Origin: a virus
Taxonomy: Duplodnaviria > Caudoviricetes
IMG/VR virus record: IMGVR_UViG_3300012953_000073
Location: 1 to 39,593 of that record
Length of the DNA stretch: 39,593 nt
Strand: one strand, 5' to 3'
Part shown: in pieces, positions 1 to 10,393 of the stretch
Layout: the number at the start of each line of letters is the position of its first letter
How positions within the stretch are numbered: position 1 is the stretch's first letter
Program-made: the position numbers and the translations under genes
The notes under the pieces: generated by a model
Seen by the model: the letters and a program-made list of their open reading frames with translations, nothing else
Told to the model about the DNA's origin: nothing
Databases searched by the model: none

Positions 1-1
1 A

Positions 2-2248
2 CAAAACCGCGCCCGGATTGCGGAAGTCAGAGACGCGCTCCAAGCGGCAGAAAACGAAGTCGACTTACGATCAGAAAATATTATCGCTCTGAAAAAAGAA
101 TCCGAAGAAATAGACAAAAACACAATTGAGCGTAAAAAACAAAAACAAGTAATGGACTCGGTATCCGATAGTATGTCTAATCAGATTGCTTTGTATGGAA
201 AGCATCAATTGGTCAACACAGGTATGATAAAGAGTTTTGTACAAATGGCAAAAGAAGGAACTCTTGCTTCGGCTGCGATGGGTGCTGTGCAGGGCATTAT
301 TATGGGCCTAATCGACACAACTATTAATTTTGCTTTTGCTGTAGATGAAGCTCGCTCATCGCTTATGAAAACAACTGGTGTTTCAAGAGAATTTGCCACT
401 TCCATAACGTCTGATGCCCAGGCTATGGCCTATTACGGCGTAAGCATCGATGACATGACAGGCACCGTGGAAACGCTGATTCCTACCTTTACAGAGTTTA
501 CTCGACTCAGTGTAGAACAGCAAAAAGCCGTAAGAGAAACTGGCGATCTATTGGCAAAGGCAGGTGTTGGCACCAAAGACTATGCGCAATCCATCCAGAC
601 GCTCACTAAGACAATGGGTCTCGGCGTTGAGGGGTCTGCTGCTATGGCCCGGGAATTCACAAGTCTCGCAATGGCGATCGGAGTGACCCCAGAACAACTA
701 ACATCTGATTTTGCTAATTTAGGTGGACAATTGACCAAACTCGGAACTGACGCGCCGGCCGCCTTCAAACAACTTGCGATCGCGTCTAAGAATACTGGTC
801 TCTCTATCGAGAAAATGCTGAACATTACTGATAAATTTGATACATTCGAGGGCGCCGCAACTCAGGCCGGTATGCTGAACGCAGCTCTGGGTGGCAACTT
901 CGTAAACGCAATGGACTTGATGATGGAGACCGATCCGGTGGGTCGTCTTAACATGATTCGAGATGCAATACTAAGCACGGGTCTGTCTTTTGATGATATG
1001 GGTTATTATCAGCGCCAGTTTTACGCTGAAGCCGCCGGTCTTGAAAATGTCAACGATCTGGCTCTGTTGATGTCAGGATCTCTGGACGCGCTCTCCGAAA
1101 GTGGTCAAAAAACAACTGCTGAAATTGAAGCTCTGCGCGAAAGAACAAAAGCAATGCAAAGTATTCAAGAGAAGTTTAAAACACTTTTTATGTCTATGAT
1201 ACCCGTTTTGGAAGACTTGATAGACCCATTCCAAGAGTTACTCTCTAACCCAGCAGAAATGGAGCAGCTCACGGCCGACTTAACAACTGTATTTAAAGGT
1301 TTTGCCAGCGCCGCACTATTCGTGGCCGAAAATTTAGGTTTTATGGCCAAAGCTTTAGGCGTCTTTGTTGCTGGATCGTTTCTGGCAAAATTGACTCTTT
1401 TTGGACTGCGTCTTAAGGGTATTGGCACCGCCGCGCCCGTTGTGGGGAACAGCATGAAAGGGATGGTTGGGCCGGCCATAGCTTTTGGGGCCGCTATACT
1501 ATTAATAGGCCAAGGAATCAAATTAGCGACCGAGGGTTTTGCATCTTTTGCGGAAGCGTTTGCGCTCTTGCCTCCAGAGTCCGTCACAGCGTTTAATGAA
1601 GCTATTGGCGGTCTTCTGTATACGTTAATGGCGTTTGCTGTGGGCGTCGGCGTGGCTTCAACTGCAGGTGCCACTGCTGTGGGTCCAATGTTGGCATTTG
1701 GTGGCGCCTTGGCATTAATCGGTCTCGCCATCGCCGCCCCGGCCGCAGCCATAGGGTATATGGCTGGCGAGTTCGCCGAGTTGATGAACAGTGTAAGCGA
1801 GGACAAACTTGATTCAATTGCAACATTTCTGGGCAAAATGGCGATCGCTGGCCCCGCCGCAACTTTGGCCGCGGCATCCCTAGGAACCCTTGCGGGGGGC
1901 ATTAGCTTGGTTGCTAGCGCATTGAATGATCTTCCGGTCGAGACGATGCAGCTTTTAAACAATCTTGGAGGTGCAGATGTTCCTGCGGGTACCCCGATTA
2001 CGAGAGAAACTGAAGCCATAATGAGTGCCATTGATCGCGTATCTACGAACAAGATGGCTGCAGCTGCAGTTGTTGTTGCAGCCACGACGCCGGCCGCTAC
2101 ACCAGCGATGGCCACCGCCGGCGCTCCCACAGGAGGAAATAACGCTTCTCCGGTTGACGTAAACGTGAAAGTTTTTGTTGACGGAGTAGTTACTAAGGCT
2201 GTAAGCGAAGTGGATAAAAGACTAAGAGATGGCTCTCTGGGCCTCTGA
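2..2248 (+). CDS. Tail tape measure protein (5' truncated; frame open from base 2)
   Basis: Long Ala/Gly-rich helical protein with a hydrophobic C-terminal half. The frame has no stop upstream of 152 to the window edge, and baseplate-type genes follow. Confidence 0.85.
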   Translation, partial: QNRARIAEVRDALQAAENEVDLRSENIIALKKESEEIDKNTIERKKQKQVMDSVSDSMSNQIALYGKHQLVNTGMIKSFVQMAKEGTLASAAMGAVQGIIMGLIDTTINFAFAVDEARSSLMKTTGVSREFATSITSDAQAMAYYGVSIDDMTGTVETLIPTFTEFTRLSVEQQKAVRETGDLLAKAGVGTKDYAQSIQTLTKTMGLGVEGSAAMAREFTSLAMAIGVTPEQLTSDFANLGGQLTKLGTDAPAAFKQLAIASKNTGLSIEKMLNITDKFDTFEGAATQAGMLNAALGGNFVNAMDLMMETDPVGRLNMIRDAILSTGLSFDDMGYYQRQFYAEAAGLENVNDLALLMSGSLDALSESGQKTTAEIEALRERTKAMQSIQEKFKTLFMSMIPVLEDLIDPFQELLSNPAEMEQLTADLTTVFKGFASAALFVAENLGFMAKALGVFVAGSFLAKLTLFGLRLKGIGTAAPVVGNSMKGMVGPAIAFGAAILLIGQGIKLATEGFASFAEAFALLPPESVTAFNEAIGGLLYTLMAFAVGVGVASTAGATAVGPMLAFGGALALIGLAIAAPAAAIGYMAGEFAELMNSVSEDKLDSIATFLGKMAIAGPAATLAAASLGTLAGGISLVASALNDLPVETMQLLNNLGGADVPAGTPITRETEAIMSAIDRVSTNKMAAAAVVVAATTPAATPAMATAGAPTGGNNASPVDVNVKVFVDGVVTKAVSEVDKRLRDGSLGL

Positions 2249-2263
2249 TAAGGAGAAGAAAAT

Positions 2264-3409
2264 ATGGCTAAAAGTATGGGTATATTTAATCAGGAGCGCT
2301 ACGGGGTTGTAAAACTTAACGACAGCGCCGGAGTAACACCATCCCAGGGTCGCGCGGGATTTACAGATGGTCTTGCAAACCATGCAGAAGCTGTAATTTC
2401 ATTTTTTCACGTTCCTTCTGAGTCAGATATTTTCTTCAAAGCCTTTATAACAACATACGCTGAATCGTTTCAATCCGACTGGAATGCAGAAACTGTTTTT
2501 GGTAGAACGGACCCAATATATGCATTTAAGAACACTCAGCGCCGGATTACGCTAGGATGGAAGATACCGGCTAGCACCATCAGTGAGGCATACGAGAATT
2601 TAGCAAAGGTACAAAGCTTGGCTCAATTCCTTTATCCAAATTACGCAGACCTGGGAAGTTCGGGTGCCATATTGTCTCAGAGTCCGTTGGTTAGATTGAA
2701 AGTGATGAATCTGGCACAAAATGCAACTGTTCCAGGGGCCGCTCGAACTTTACAGGCTTATAATGCTCCAGGTAATGCGTTGTTCGCGACGTATAAATCA
2801 ACCAACAACCCATCGCAGGGTCAACTGGGTGCCATTTTAAATGTGAACATCAACCACAACCTTGAAAATCCAGATATAGGAGTATTTCAGCCAGAAGGTA
2901 AGCAAAATTTAGTACTCCCCAAAATGATAGAAGTTTCAATTGATTTTGCTTGTATTCATGAAAGCACATTGGGCTGGGATGAGGAGAATAATTTTATGGG
3001 TGAAGGGTTTCCATATGGCGCCATCACAACGGCAGAAGAATTCAAGGTCGAACCCGGAAATTATAACGAAAGAATTGCTGCGCGCCAGGCAAGAGAAACT
3101 CAGCGCCAACAAGCAGAGCAAGATCGCGCTAATGCCGCTGCCCGAGGATACGATGGGATGTTTGGCAGCAAGCGCTTGAAGAAAGATTCTCGACAATTAG
3201 CCAAGATTGAGCAGCGAAACCAAAGACGAGCCGAACGAGGCAAGGAACCTCGAGGCCGGGATGCCGCTAATCAGGAATATTTAGAAAGTGCTCTTCGAGG
3301 TCAGTTAGCTCAATATCCCGACGATCGTTCTATGGCGGTCGATGCTTATTATGATGCCGGGGGCAGTACTGACGCTGAAGATTTTGCCCCATTTGACGCC
3401 CTCGACTAG
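2264..3409 (+). CDS. Putative tail tube-initiator/baseplate protein with charged C-terminal extension
   Basis: AAGGAG RBS. The W..ETVFGRTDPIY.FKNT.R.ITL segment resembles tube-like baseplate proteins found after tape measure genes. Confidence 0.55.
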   Translation: MAKSMGIFNQERYGVVKLNDSAGVTPSQGRAGFTDGLANHAEAVISFFHVPSESDIFFKAFITTYAESFQSDWNAETVFGRTDPIYAFKNTQRRITLGWKIPASTISEAYENLAKVQSLAQFLYPNYADLGSSGAILSQSPLVRLKVMNLAQNATVPGAARTLQAYNAPGNALFATYKSTNNPSQGQLGAILNVNINHNLENPDIGVFQPEGKQNLVLPKMIEVSIDFACIHESTLGWDEENNFMGEGFPYGAITTAEEFKVEPGNYNERIAARQARETQRQQAEQDRANAAARGYDGMFGSKRLKKDSRQLAKIEQRNQRRAERGKEPRGRDAANQEYLESALRGQLAQYPDDRSMAVDAYYDAGGSTDAEDFAPFDALD

Positions 3410-3421
3410 GAGAATTAAGAA

Positions 3422-3763
3422 ATGTCAAGATACTTTAATTTTAAAATTTTAAACAACGCAAGTGAGTACTATAGTTTTTTACGAAAAGAAAGAAACAACG
3501 TAAAGAACATCCGACAGTATGAAACTCCAATCTTGTATCAGCCAAATTTGATCGATCGGGTTAACTTAAAAACAACCACACATATGTGGGCCGTGGGAGA
3601 TCGATACTATAAACTAGCACAGCAGTATTATGGCGATCCCACTTTGTGGTGGATTATTGCTTGGTATAATGGACGCCCAACAGAGGTTGATGTTTTGCCT
3701 GGTGATGTTTTGACAATACCGATAGAGTCAGATCAAATTTTAACTATGCTAGGGGTAGCCTAA
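3422..3763 (+). CDS. LysM-containing baseplate wedge protein (gp53/tail X-like)
   Basis: GDRYYKLAQQYYGDPTLWWIIAWYN...PGDVLTIP is a LysM-type pattern, located in the tail module. Confidence 0.8.
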   Translation: MSRYFNFKILNNASEYYSFLRKERNNVKNIRQYETPILYQPNLIDRVNLKTTTHMWAVGDRYYKLAQQYYGDPTLWWIIAWYNGRPTEVDVLPGDVLTIPIESDQILTMLGVA

Positions 3764-3764
3764 T

Positions 3765-6700
3765 ATGGGCTGGATTAGTGGCGACGAGGCCCTGGTAGAT
3801 ACCAACAAGTGGCTCGAACAAAACGCTCAAGAAGCCGAACAAAACATGACGGCTGTACGTGCGCAGGTTGAAAAGCTATATGCCGCTGCAAATTCCTTTG
3901 ATCAGCTTATAGATACACTAGATAAGGAATACGGTAAGCCCCCAAAAATCTTAGGGGAAGTAAACAATCGAATCGATAAGAATGTTTTTGGAACTTTTGA
4001 GAGCGATCCTCTTGCCAACACTGTATTTACGGCTAACGATGACTTTATTACAAACGTAGTACATCTGCAGACAACGTTCGACGCAAACATGTATGGCAAT
4101 TTGCCGGCATACAGCAGCCCAGAATTTAGACAAGCATTGAGGGAAATTACCAGCACTCTCCAAATGGTAGAAGATCTGGCAGGCAAGATAAGCGATATGC
4201 AAATCGCGTACGACGCCGAGATCAAAAAAGACGAAACCAGAGCTGCCAACGCTGCTCGCGCCGCCATCGGCGCAAACGTTGGACGCCAAGGCAACCAAAT
4301 GTCTGCTGGACCAACTGCCAAAAAAGTGGAAGAAGCTAAAAAAGCAAAAAAACAAGTGGAAGCCGCTGCAGCGTACGCCCGGGCCGGCGGACTAGGCGCA
4401 AGAATTAGAACGGGAAATTATCTTTCAAAAGCTTTCAGAGAGCAGTGCTATATCCAGGCAAATTTAACAAAACTAATAGAGCTTCAGAATAAGGAAGGTA
4501 TTTCTTCTGGCCGCGGCCTTCCTTATGTTGATAATGGTGGTGGCTCACAAGATGAGCTTCCAACTTCAAATCGTGCCCTCAAATCGGATTTAGAGCCGTT
4601 TGGGTTTGTCAATACGCTTGTACAGTCACCACAAGTGGGTTATCTTTTCGATGCACCCACCCCAGTCATATCGCAATTGCAGCCTTCAACTCGTTTTTAC
4701 AAAATTATATCCACTCATGGCGACTCTGGTGCAAAAAAAGGTGCTGAACGTGAGATACCAATTATTTTTCCGTCTGCTACTCGAGCCGGCGACATTGAAA
4801 GCATTTTTAACAATAAGAAGCGCCGCGGCTATGGGGTTGGAGTTAAGAGTTTTGAGTGGACCTATGACGGAAGCAATCCCTTTGCTGTGAATAAGAGCAT
4901 TAAGGCAAAATTACAAATTTATGCAACAACAATGGCTGAACTTTTAACTGACCGCGGTGGCTATCGATATGCTGACTTAGCGCTTAAGACCGGAAAGAAT
5001 ATAAATGACGATCATCCGCTATGTGGGACTATTTCTAGTGATATGATTATGAGCCAAATTAACAGCCTAGACTTCAGGCTAAAGGCGGTAGTTGGGTATG
5101 CCACTCCTCATAACTTAGGACTCAGCAGGATTGATTCCTCGGCATATCAGAGCGCCATACATGATAGTTTTGTCACTCTAGAGCTTACTCCCACAATTCA
5201 TACCTTCGATTTTGATGAACAGGGCCAAGTTGTGTTCACCATTGAATACTTGGCATATATAGAAGATTTTTTTGATGACTATTACTACAATATATTCCCC
5301 ACCCCCCAAGGAGTGGCACGCCGTATCGCGCTGAAGCAGGCAGCGCGAACAGGAGAAAAGCCGGCAGAGCCTTATGATCCCGACCTTGTGAAAGATGAGC
5401 AAATAGAATCTTTATCCAAACTTATAGGCTCATTATTTCAAAGGAATTTAATTTATTATTTAAGGCTTCCCTGGGCAAAAATGGAAGAGGCTATTTTAGA
5501 TCCCGGAAGTACATTACCAGTGTTCAATGCAGATGGGAATCTCGCAAACCCAAATGCAGTCGCAAACGAAATCACCAACAAGAACGCAATTCTAAGCTCT
5601 CCAACTTCCACATCAGTGTCTAAAGAGGCCGCTAAAGAGACTCTAAAAGATTTAACAGTTATTGGTGCGACGGACAAGCCCTCTGACGTGTACAATCAGC
5701 TAGGATTTTTTTATTTAGTGGATTTGGTCAATATAGTGCTGGCGAATATAGACATGCATCTATCAACAACTGCACCCGAGACGCTTTCAAAGGCCAAGAA
5801 AGCGAACGAGAAACTTGACGGTCATATTGTTGACCAAGAGACAATAATAATGACCAGAATGTATGAAAATTTTAAAAAATTAAGAATTATGCTGGGCCCA
5901 CTGGAAATTCGAAATCCTGGATCACATAGCCAACTAGAAGGTGACTTTAGAACTATCAGTATGGGTTCTGTTCCCATTTCTTTAACATATTTTATAGAAT
6001 GGATGACTGACAAGTTGGTAGCAAAGGGCAGAACAGGATATACACTAACAAGGTTTCTAAATGACTTTATAAAATCATATGTACGAAATTTTTTAAACAA
6101 TACATCTTGCAGGGGAGACACATACTCTCAAAATATATCGATATATGGTGCTAACATTTCTTCGTATGCTATACCCCCAGGAAGGGATGAGATTAGTTCG
6201 CTGCTCTTAGGAACTAAGATATCACGCTCAGGTAATTATACTTTGGGAAGCCAAGAATTGGCAGCTTTCAGAAGCGCCGGCGGCGCTGGCCGGCCTGTGC
6301 TCAATACAATGGGTAGCCTCACTGCAGCCGGCCCCAGAACGCTGGGTCAAAATAGCCAATATAACTACATGATTTTTTACGGTGGAAGGTCACAGCCCCA
6401 ACAACTGATGACAGGTAACAAAACTCTTGATCACAGCCGCGGCATATTTCACTATATTTTAGGCAAAGATCGTGGTCTTATAAAAAATATTCGACTCGAT
6501 AGGACTGAAGTTAAGGGTCACAAAGAGATGAGGTTCGAGCAAGAAGGATATGATGGGTTATCACAATTAAGAGAAGTTTATAACGTCACGATTGACTCGT
6601 ACATGCTACCGAATGTATTTCCAGGCACGTACTTGTTTGTTGATCCTCGAGGGTTTGCTCCCGACACCAAAGGATACGAGTTTCCCGATCCTGAAAACAA

Positions 6701-7040
6701 CGACAGGAAGCGCGCAATAGATCAGTTTGAGTTGAGCAGGTATGGCGTGGGCGGATACTATATGGCCACAAAGGTAACAAACAGAATCGCAGAGGGCGAT
6801 TTTTCTACACAAATTGTTGCCAATTGGGCAGCGCAAATTGAAAAAGGCCGCACCTCTGCACCAAGCACCGGCGGCAGCGATGTGGAATCAGATCCGGATA
6901 AAACTAAGTTAAAGAAATGCCAAACACGTAAAAAATTTGTTTTTCCGGAACAACAGATTGGTGGAGAAAATGCATCGAACCCAACAGATACAGTGGGGAG
7001 ACAAGAGCAACACGACATATTAGACAGTATGTTGGCGTAA
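3765..7040 (+). CDS. Large baseplate hub-like structural protein
   Basis: 1091 aa. The C-terminal YNVTIDS...FPGTYLFVDP...GVGGYYMATKVTNRI..GDFSTQI resembles the end of gp27/gpD-type hubs. Follows the LysM gene. Confidence 0.55.
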   Translation: MGWISGDEALVDTNKWLEQNAQEAEQNMTAVRAQVEKLYAAANSFDQLIDTLDKEYGKPPKILGEVNNRIDKNVFGTFESDPLANTVFTANDDFITNVVHLQTTFDANMYGNLPAYSSPEFRQALREITSTLQMVEDLAGKISDMQIAYDAEIKKDETRAANAARAAIGANVGRQGNQMSAGPTAKKVEEAKKAKKQVEAAAAYARAGGLGARIRTGNYLSKAFREQCYIQANLTKLIELQNKEGISSGRGLPYVDNGGGSQDELPTSNRALKSDLEPFGFVNTLVQSPQVGYLFDAPTPVISQLQPSTRFYKIISTHGDSGAKKGAEREIPIIFPSATRAGDIESIFNNKKRRGYGVGVKSFEWTYDGSNPFAVNKSIKAKLQIYATTMAELLTDRGGYRYADLALKTGKNINDDHPLCGTISSDMIMSQINSLDFRLKAVVGYATPHNLGLSRIDSSAYQSAIHDSFVTLELTPTIHTFDFDEQGQVVFTIEYLAYIEDFFDDYYYNIFPTPQGVARRIALKQAARTGEKPAEPYDPDLVKDEQIESLSKLIGSLFQRNLIYYLRLPWAKMEEAILDPGSTLPVFNADGNLANPNAVANEITNKNAILSSPTSTSVSKEAAKETLKDLTVIGATDKPSDVYNQLGFFYLVDLVNIVLANIDMHLSTTAPETLSKAKKANEKLDGHIVDQETIIMTRMYENFKKLRIMLGPLEIRNPGSHSQLEGDFRTISMGSVPISLTYFIEWMTDKLVAKGRTGYTLTRFLNDFIKSYVRNFLNNTSCRGDTYSQNISIYGANISSYAIPPGRDEISSLLLGTKISRSGNYTLGSQELAAFRSAGGAGRPVLNTMGSLTAAGPRTLGQNSQYNYMIFYGGRSQPQQLMTGNKTLDHSRGIFHYILGKDRGLIKNIRLDRTEVKGHKEMRFEQEGYDGLSQLREVYNVTIDSYMLPNVFPGTYLFVDPRGFAPDTKGYEFPDPENNDRKRAIDQFELSRYGVGGYYMATKVTNRIAEGDFSTQIVANWAAQIEKGRTSAPSTGGSDVESDPDKTKLKKCQTRKKFVFPEQQIGGENASNPTDTVGRQEQHDILDSMLA

Positions 7041-7055
7041 TGAAGGAAAACAGAA

Positions 7056-8294
7056 ATGTCAGATTTTTATAAAAAAAGCAATCAAGAGGGGGCAAAAAGC
7101 TTATATCAAAAATCTTTGATTTATGAGCTTGATATGGCTGAGTCCGAATATGCTAATTTTAAATACTTTAATCGTGCTGAAAAGCAACTCTATGGACGCG
7201 TTAGCCGACGCTATGTACCAATTGAGCTAAGCCCTGACGCGCCGATGATGCAGTTGGGTCAGACAAATGAAGAAGGCACCGCCTTCCGCGTTTTGAAATT
7301 TGTTGGCCAAGCATTCAAAGATCTCAACCAACAATTTAGAGTAAAGTCAATGGGTGGTCATATCAGGGCCGACGATCCGTTTCTAAGTGTATTGGAGGTT
7401 AAAAAAGCCTATGAAAGCCCTCGGTCGCTCTATAAAAACTATACTCAAGGTCAGAAAGAGGATGTGCTCAATATCTTCCTTTCTGGTCGTTTACGTTTTA
7501 AAAATTTCGAGGAGTTCCTAATTCACTTTATGCAAGCTATAGGTCAAATTGTCGAAAAAAAGCCGTTCACGTACCCAGGATTCGTGAAGAGCAAATACTG
7601 TCCCGCTACTGTCAGCGGCCTTGTCATTGATATAGCTGACTTTTCTATGGACGACGATGTTAAAAAAATTGAGTCATTCAAGAACAGTCCAAATTGGTTG
7701 TTCTACTTAAATGCTTGTCGTCAATACGGATTTTCTGTTGACGCGGATATCCCCTATAGACTTATTGCAGACATAGGAACATCTGAAATGGTAACTTATT
7801 CTAGGAACACGTCTCAGTGTCGTTTTTTAAGCACCGACTCTATCCTGAATGGTGCTTACTTGCTGGCACATAAAACTTACTATGATAATTTTAGGCGGAT
7901 ATTAATAGAATATTACAACATATGCAAGAGAAATTATACAGAAGTAGAACACTGCAACGAAGGTCCGGCGGTTTATAGTAAATCCAAAGTAATAGTACCT
8001 CGCGTTTACACGCCCGAATACTTTGACTCTCAATATGACAATCTTACGATAATGCAGATATATCTTAAAATTAGATTGACAGAAGAGAGGGAAATTCTAT
8101 TGTCGCAGATAGACAAAGAAAATTTATTAAATGAAACCCAGCAGTTAGCAGCTTTAAAAGGATGTAGTTACGCTGTCGATTATTTCGAGCGAGTCATCGC
8201 AGAGACATATGATTACAGTGGGTCCTTGACAGATCTTCTTTATCGTGATAGATTACGTAGAGAAGAGGAAATTAATGTACTTTCAAGCACTTGA
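7056..8294 (+). CDS. Hypothetical protein, last gene of the tail module
   Basis: 412-aa ORF with an AAGGA RBS and no recognised motif. Confidence 0.6.
   Translation: MSDFYKKSNQEGAKSLYQKSLIYELDMAESEYANFKYFNRAEKQLYGRVSRRYVPIELSPDAPMMQLGQTNEEGTAFRVLKFVGQAFKDLNQQFRVKSMGGHIRADDPFLSVLEVKKAYESPRSLYKNYTQGQKEDVLNIFLSGRLRFKNFEEFLIHFMQAIGQIVEKKPFTYPGFVKSKYCPATVSGLVIDIADFSMDDDVKKIESFKNSPNWLFYLNACRQYGFSVDADIPYRLIADIGTSEMVTYSRNTSQCRFLSTDSILNGAYLLAHKTYYDNFRRILIEYYNICKRNYTEVEHCNEGPAVYSKSKVIVPRVYTPEYFDSQYDNLTIMQIYLKIRLTEEREILLSQIDKENLLNETQQLAALKGCSYAVDYFERVIAETYDYSGSLTDLLYRDRLRREEEINVLSST
8226..8254 (+). promoter_or_regulatory. Sigma70-type promoter for the polA-like gene
   Basis: TTGACA (8226-8231), 17 nt, TAGATT (8249-8254) with a TGn extension; 20 nt before ATG 8275. 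Confidence 0.6.
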
Positions 8295-9474
8295 TGATAA
8301 ATCAGAATGCATCGGCGTATACACAGGGGGGAAGCTGCACTTTGATCAAATTCCCGATGGCCTTGAAAGAACCTGGAAATATACAGGCTCCATAGAGGGT
8401 AATAATATTCAGTACGCGTGGATTTGGTCAGGAGGGCTATCCTTACAGGAGGCTTGTCCCGAGAATCTGCAGGGTAAGTTGGAAAAAAGCGTACGTAAAA
8501 TGAACGCATTCTATAAATCTTTTAAAATAGCAAAGCTGGACTTTTCCCAACACTGCTTGTTTGATTTAATACCTCATGATGCACTATTAGAGTTTTGCGA
8601 TATTAAAAATAAAATAACTGAATATATTTTTGAGGAAATGAGCCCTACGTCTAATTATACTTTTCTCTCTAGAGTTGAATCGATGTTGTATGACATCCGA
8701 ATGAGAGGCTTGAACTTAGATCATTCAGATTGTAAAAAGCTTTTTACATCTACTAACTCTCGCATTGGTTTGCAAAAAATTCTTGAAGGTAGCGATCAAA
8801 TACATTATAATATCTTTGGAACAGTTACCGGCCGCCTCACAACGTTTCCGGGCTCATTCCCCATACTAACAATGAAGAAAGATTTTCGTCAAATAATTAA
8901 ACCTCACAATGATTGGTTTGTATCTTTAGACTATAACGGCGCAGAGGCTCGCACGGTTTTGGCACTACTGGGGGAAGAACAACCACCCGAGGATGTGCAT
9001 AACTGGAACATCGACAACATATTTGACTTAGATTCTTTTGAGAAGCCGATCACGCGCGATCAAGCTAAAACATTATTTTTTGGCTGGCTATACAATCCTG
9101 ATTCAACAATATTTCAAAAAAATATCTACGATCGCGAAAGATTGATCAAAGAAAACTATAAAGACGGGCACGTGCAGACAGTTTTTGATAGAAATATTCC
9201 GGTCGTGGAGCGGAAGGCGTTTAACTACTTAATCCAGAGCACAACATCGGATTTGGTGCTTGATAGAGCCCTCGCACTAAATAAGTTTCTCAAAAAAACT
9301 GATAGCTTCATATCTCACGTAGTACATGATGAATTGGTGATAGATCTTAAGGATTCAGACCGTCACCTGCTTCCCGAAATGAAGGCTGTATTCGCAAAAA
9401 ATCGATTGGCTACTTATGAGGTAAACGTTCAAGCGGGAAAAGATTATTTCAATCTGCAGGAGTTGAAAATATGA
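8275..9474 (+). CDS. polA: Compact family A DNA polymerase
   Basis: Contains GTVTGRLTT, motif A (SLDYNGAEAR), motif B (RDQAKTLFFGWLY), ERKAFNYLIQS and motif C (VVHDEL). Start moved to ATG 8275 because of the GAGGA RBS and the promoter. Confidence 0.85.
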   Translation: MYFQALDDKSECIGVYTGGKLHFDQIPDGLERTWKYTGSIEGNNIQYAWIWSGGLSLQEACPENLQGKLEKSVRKMNAFYKSFKIAKLDFSQHCLFDLIPHDALLEFCDIKNKITEYIFEEMSPTSNYTFLSRVESMLYDIRMRGLNLDHSDCKKLFTSTNSRIGLQKILEGSDQIHYNIFGTVTGRLTTFPGSFPILTMKKDFRQIIKPHNDWFVSLDYNGAEARTVLALLGEEQPPEDVHNWNIDNIFDLDSFEKPITRDQAKTLFFGWLYNPDSTIFQKNIYDRERLIKENYKDGHVQTVFDRNIPVVERKAFNYLIQSTTSDLVLDRALALNKFLKKTDSFISHVVHDELVIDLKDSDRHLLPEMKAVFAKNRLATYEVNVQAGKDYFNLQELKI

Positions 9475-10331
9475 TATCTATTGTAGGAGTAGGTAATGCA
9501 GCTAGCGCTGTGGCGTCAAAATTTAAGGATATTCCTCAATATGATGTTTACACCCTAGGGAGCAATTTGGAAGGAAAATCAGGCAAGGAATTTGTTTTGG
9601 AGAAGTTTGATTCTCCCGATGAATACGAAAAGAATATCCCCGATCTTACAGAGTTTTTTTCTGGGATAAGAGATCACGTGCAAGTTTTCATTATGGGGGC
9701 ATCGATGAGTTCCCTATACGCTCTTGGGGTGTTGCAACAACTAAAAAATAAACATTTAGAAGTTTTTTATATAAAACCAGATACTGAGCTTCTGACGGGT
9801 GTTCCTATGTTGATTGAAAATGCCACATTCGGAATCTTACAAGAGTACGCTCGCTCTGGTCTTTTTCGAAGTCTTACGATTTTATCAAATCATAGTATCG
9901 AAAAGATACATCAAAATTTAAATATTAAGCAGTACTATACAATGCTTAACGAGACAATATTTTCCAGTATTCATTATTTAAATTATTTTGAACATACTGA
10001 GCCGCACATCGGCAATGTTGCAAAACCTAATGATATTAATAGGATCCGCACAGTGGCTGCATTGGATATGAAAAAACTTTCAGAAAAGTGGTTCTTCGAT
10101 CTTGACGCCGCCCGAGAGATATGTTATTATATGTGTATAAACCAGGAAAGATTAGAAACAGAGGGTGGTTTGCATAAGAAGCTAGTGGACATTTTAAAGG
10201 CAAAGCCTCGAAATGCATTCCGCAAAGTTTCGTACGCCATTTATGAGACACACCTACCAGATTTTGGGTTCTGCGTTGCCCATACTAACGCAATACAAGA
10301 AAAGACTCTTGACAAGCTAGAGCAAGAGTGA
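9471..10331 (+). CDS. Divergent tubulin/FtsZ-like protein
   Basis: N-terminal SIVGVGNAAS resembles the FtsZ/tubulin T1 loop, and length (286 aa) fits. The GGGTGSG signature is not recognisable (MGASMSS). ATGA overlap with polA. Confidence 0.55.
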   Translation: MISIVGVGNAASAVASKFKDIPQYDVYTLGSNLEGKSGKEFVLEKFDSPDEYEKNIPDLTEFFSGIRDHVQVFIMGASMSSLYALGVLQQLKNKHLEVFYIKPDTELLTGVPMLIENATFGILQEYARSGLFRSLTILSNHSIEKIHQNLNIKQYYTMLNETIFSSIHYLNYFEHTEPHIGNVAKPNDINRIRTVAALDMKKLSEKWFFDLDAAREICYYMCINQERLETEGGLHKKLVDILKAKPRNAFRKVSYAIYETHLPDFGFCVAHTNAIQEKTLDKLEQE

Positions 10332-10337
10332 TACATT
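10309..10337 (+). promoter_or_regulatory. Sigma70-type promoter for the ssb-recA operon
   Basis: TTGACA (10309-10314), 17 nt, TACATT (10332-10337) with a TGn extension. Confidence 0.65.
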
Positions 10338-10339
10338 AG

Positions 10340-10393
10340 ATATCGAGGAAAGCTCGATATACTTTACAACAACAAAACAAGGAGAAAAAACTA
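10340..10393 (+). promoter_or_regulatory. ssb leader: 8-bp hairpin followed by an unstructured A/C-rich tract and the RBS
   Basis: ATATCGAG-gaaag-CTCGATAT (10340-10360), then ACTTTACAACAACAAAACAAGGAGAAAAAACTA before the ATG. Confidence 0.45.

Noticed and set aside
1165-2130. 321-aa minus-strand ORF and the other minus-strand ORFs in the track
   Set aside because: They are antisense shadows of convincing + strand genes, with no motifs or RBS.
8275-9474. DpoZ-type polymerase for a Z-base genome
   Set aside because: No purZ, datZ or mazZ is recognisable in the window, and adenine methyltransferases are present.
9471-10331. Evidence for a nucleus-forming (chimallin/PhuZ) phage
   Set aside because: No chimallin or phage multisubunit RNAP is visible, the promoters are host sigma70-type, and the tubulin signature is degenerate.
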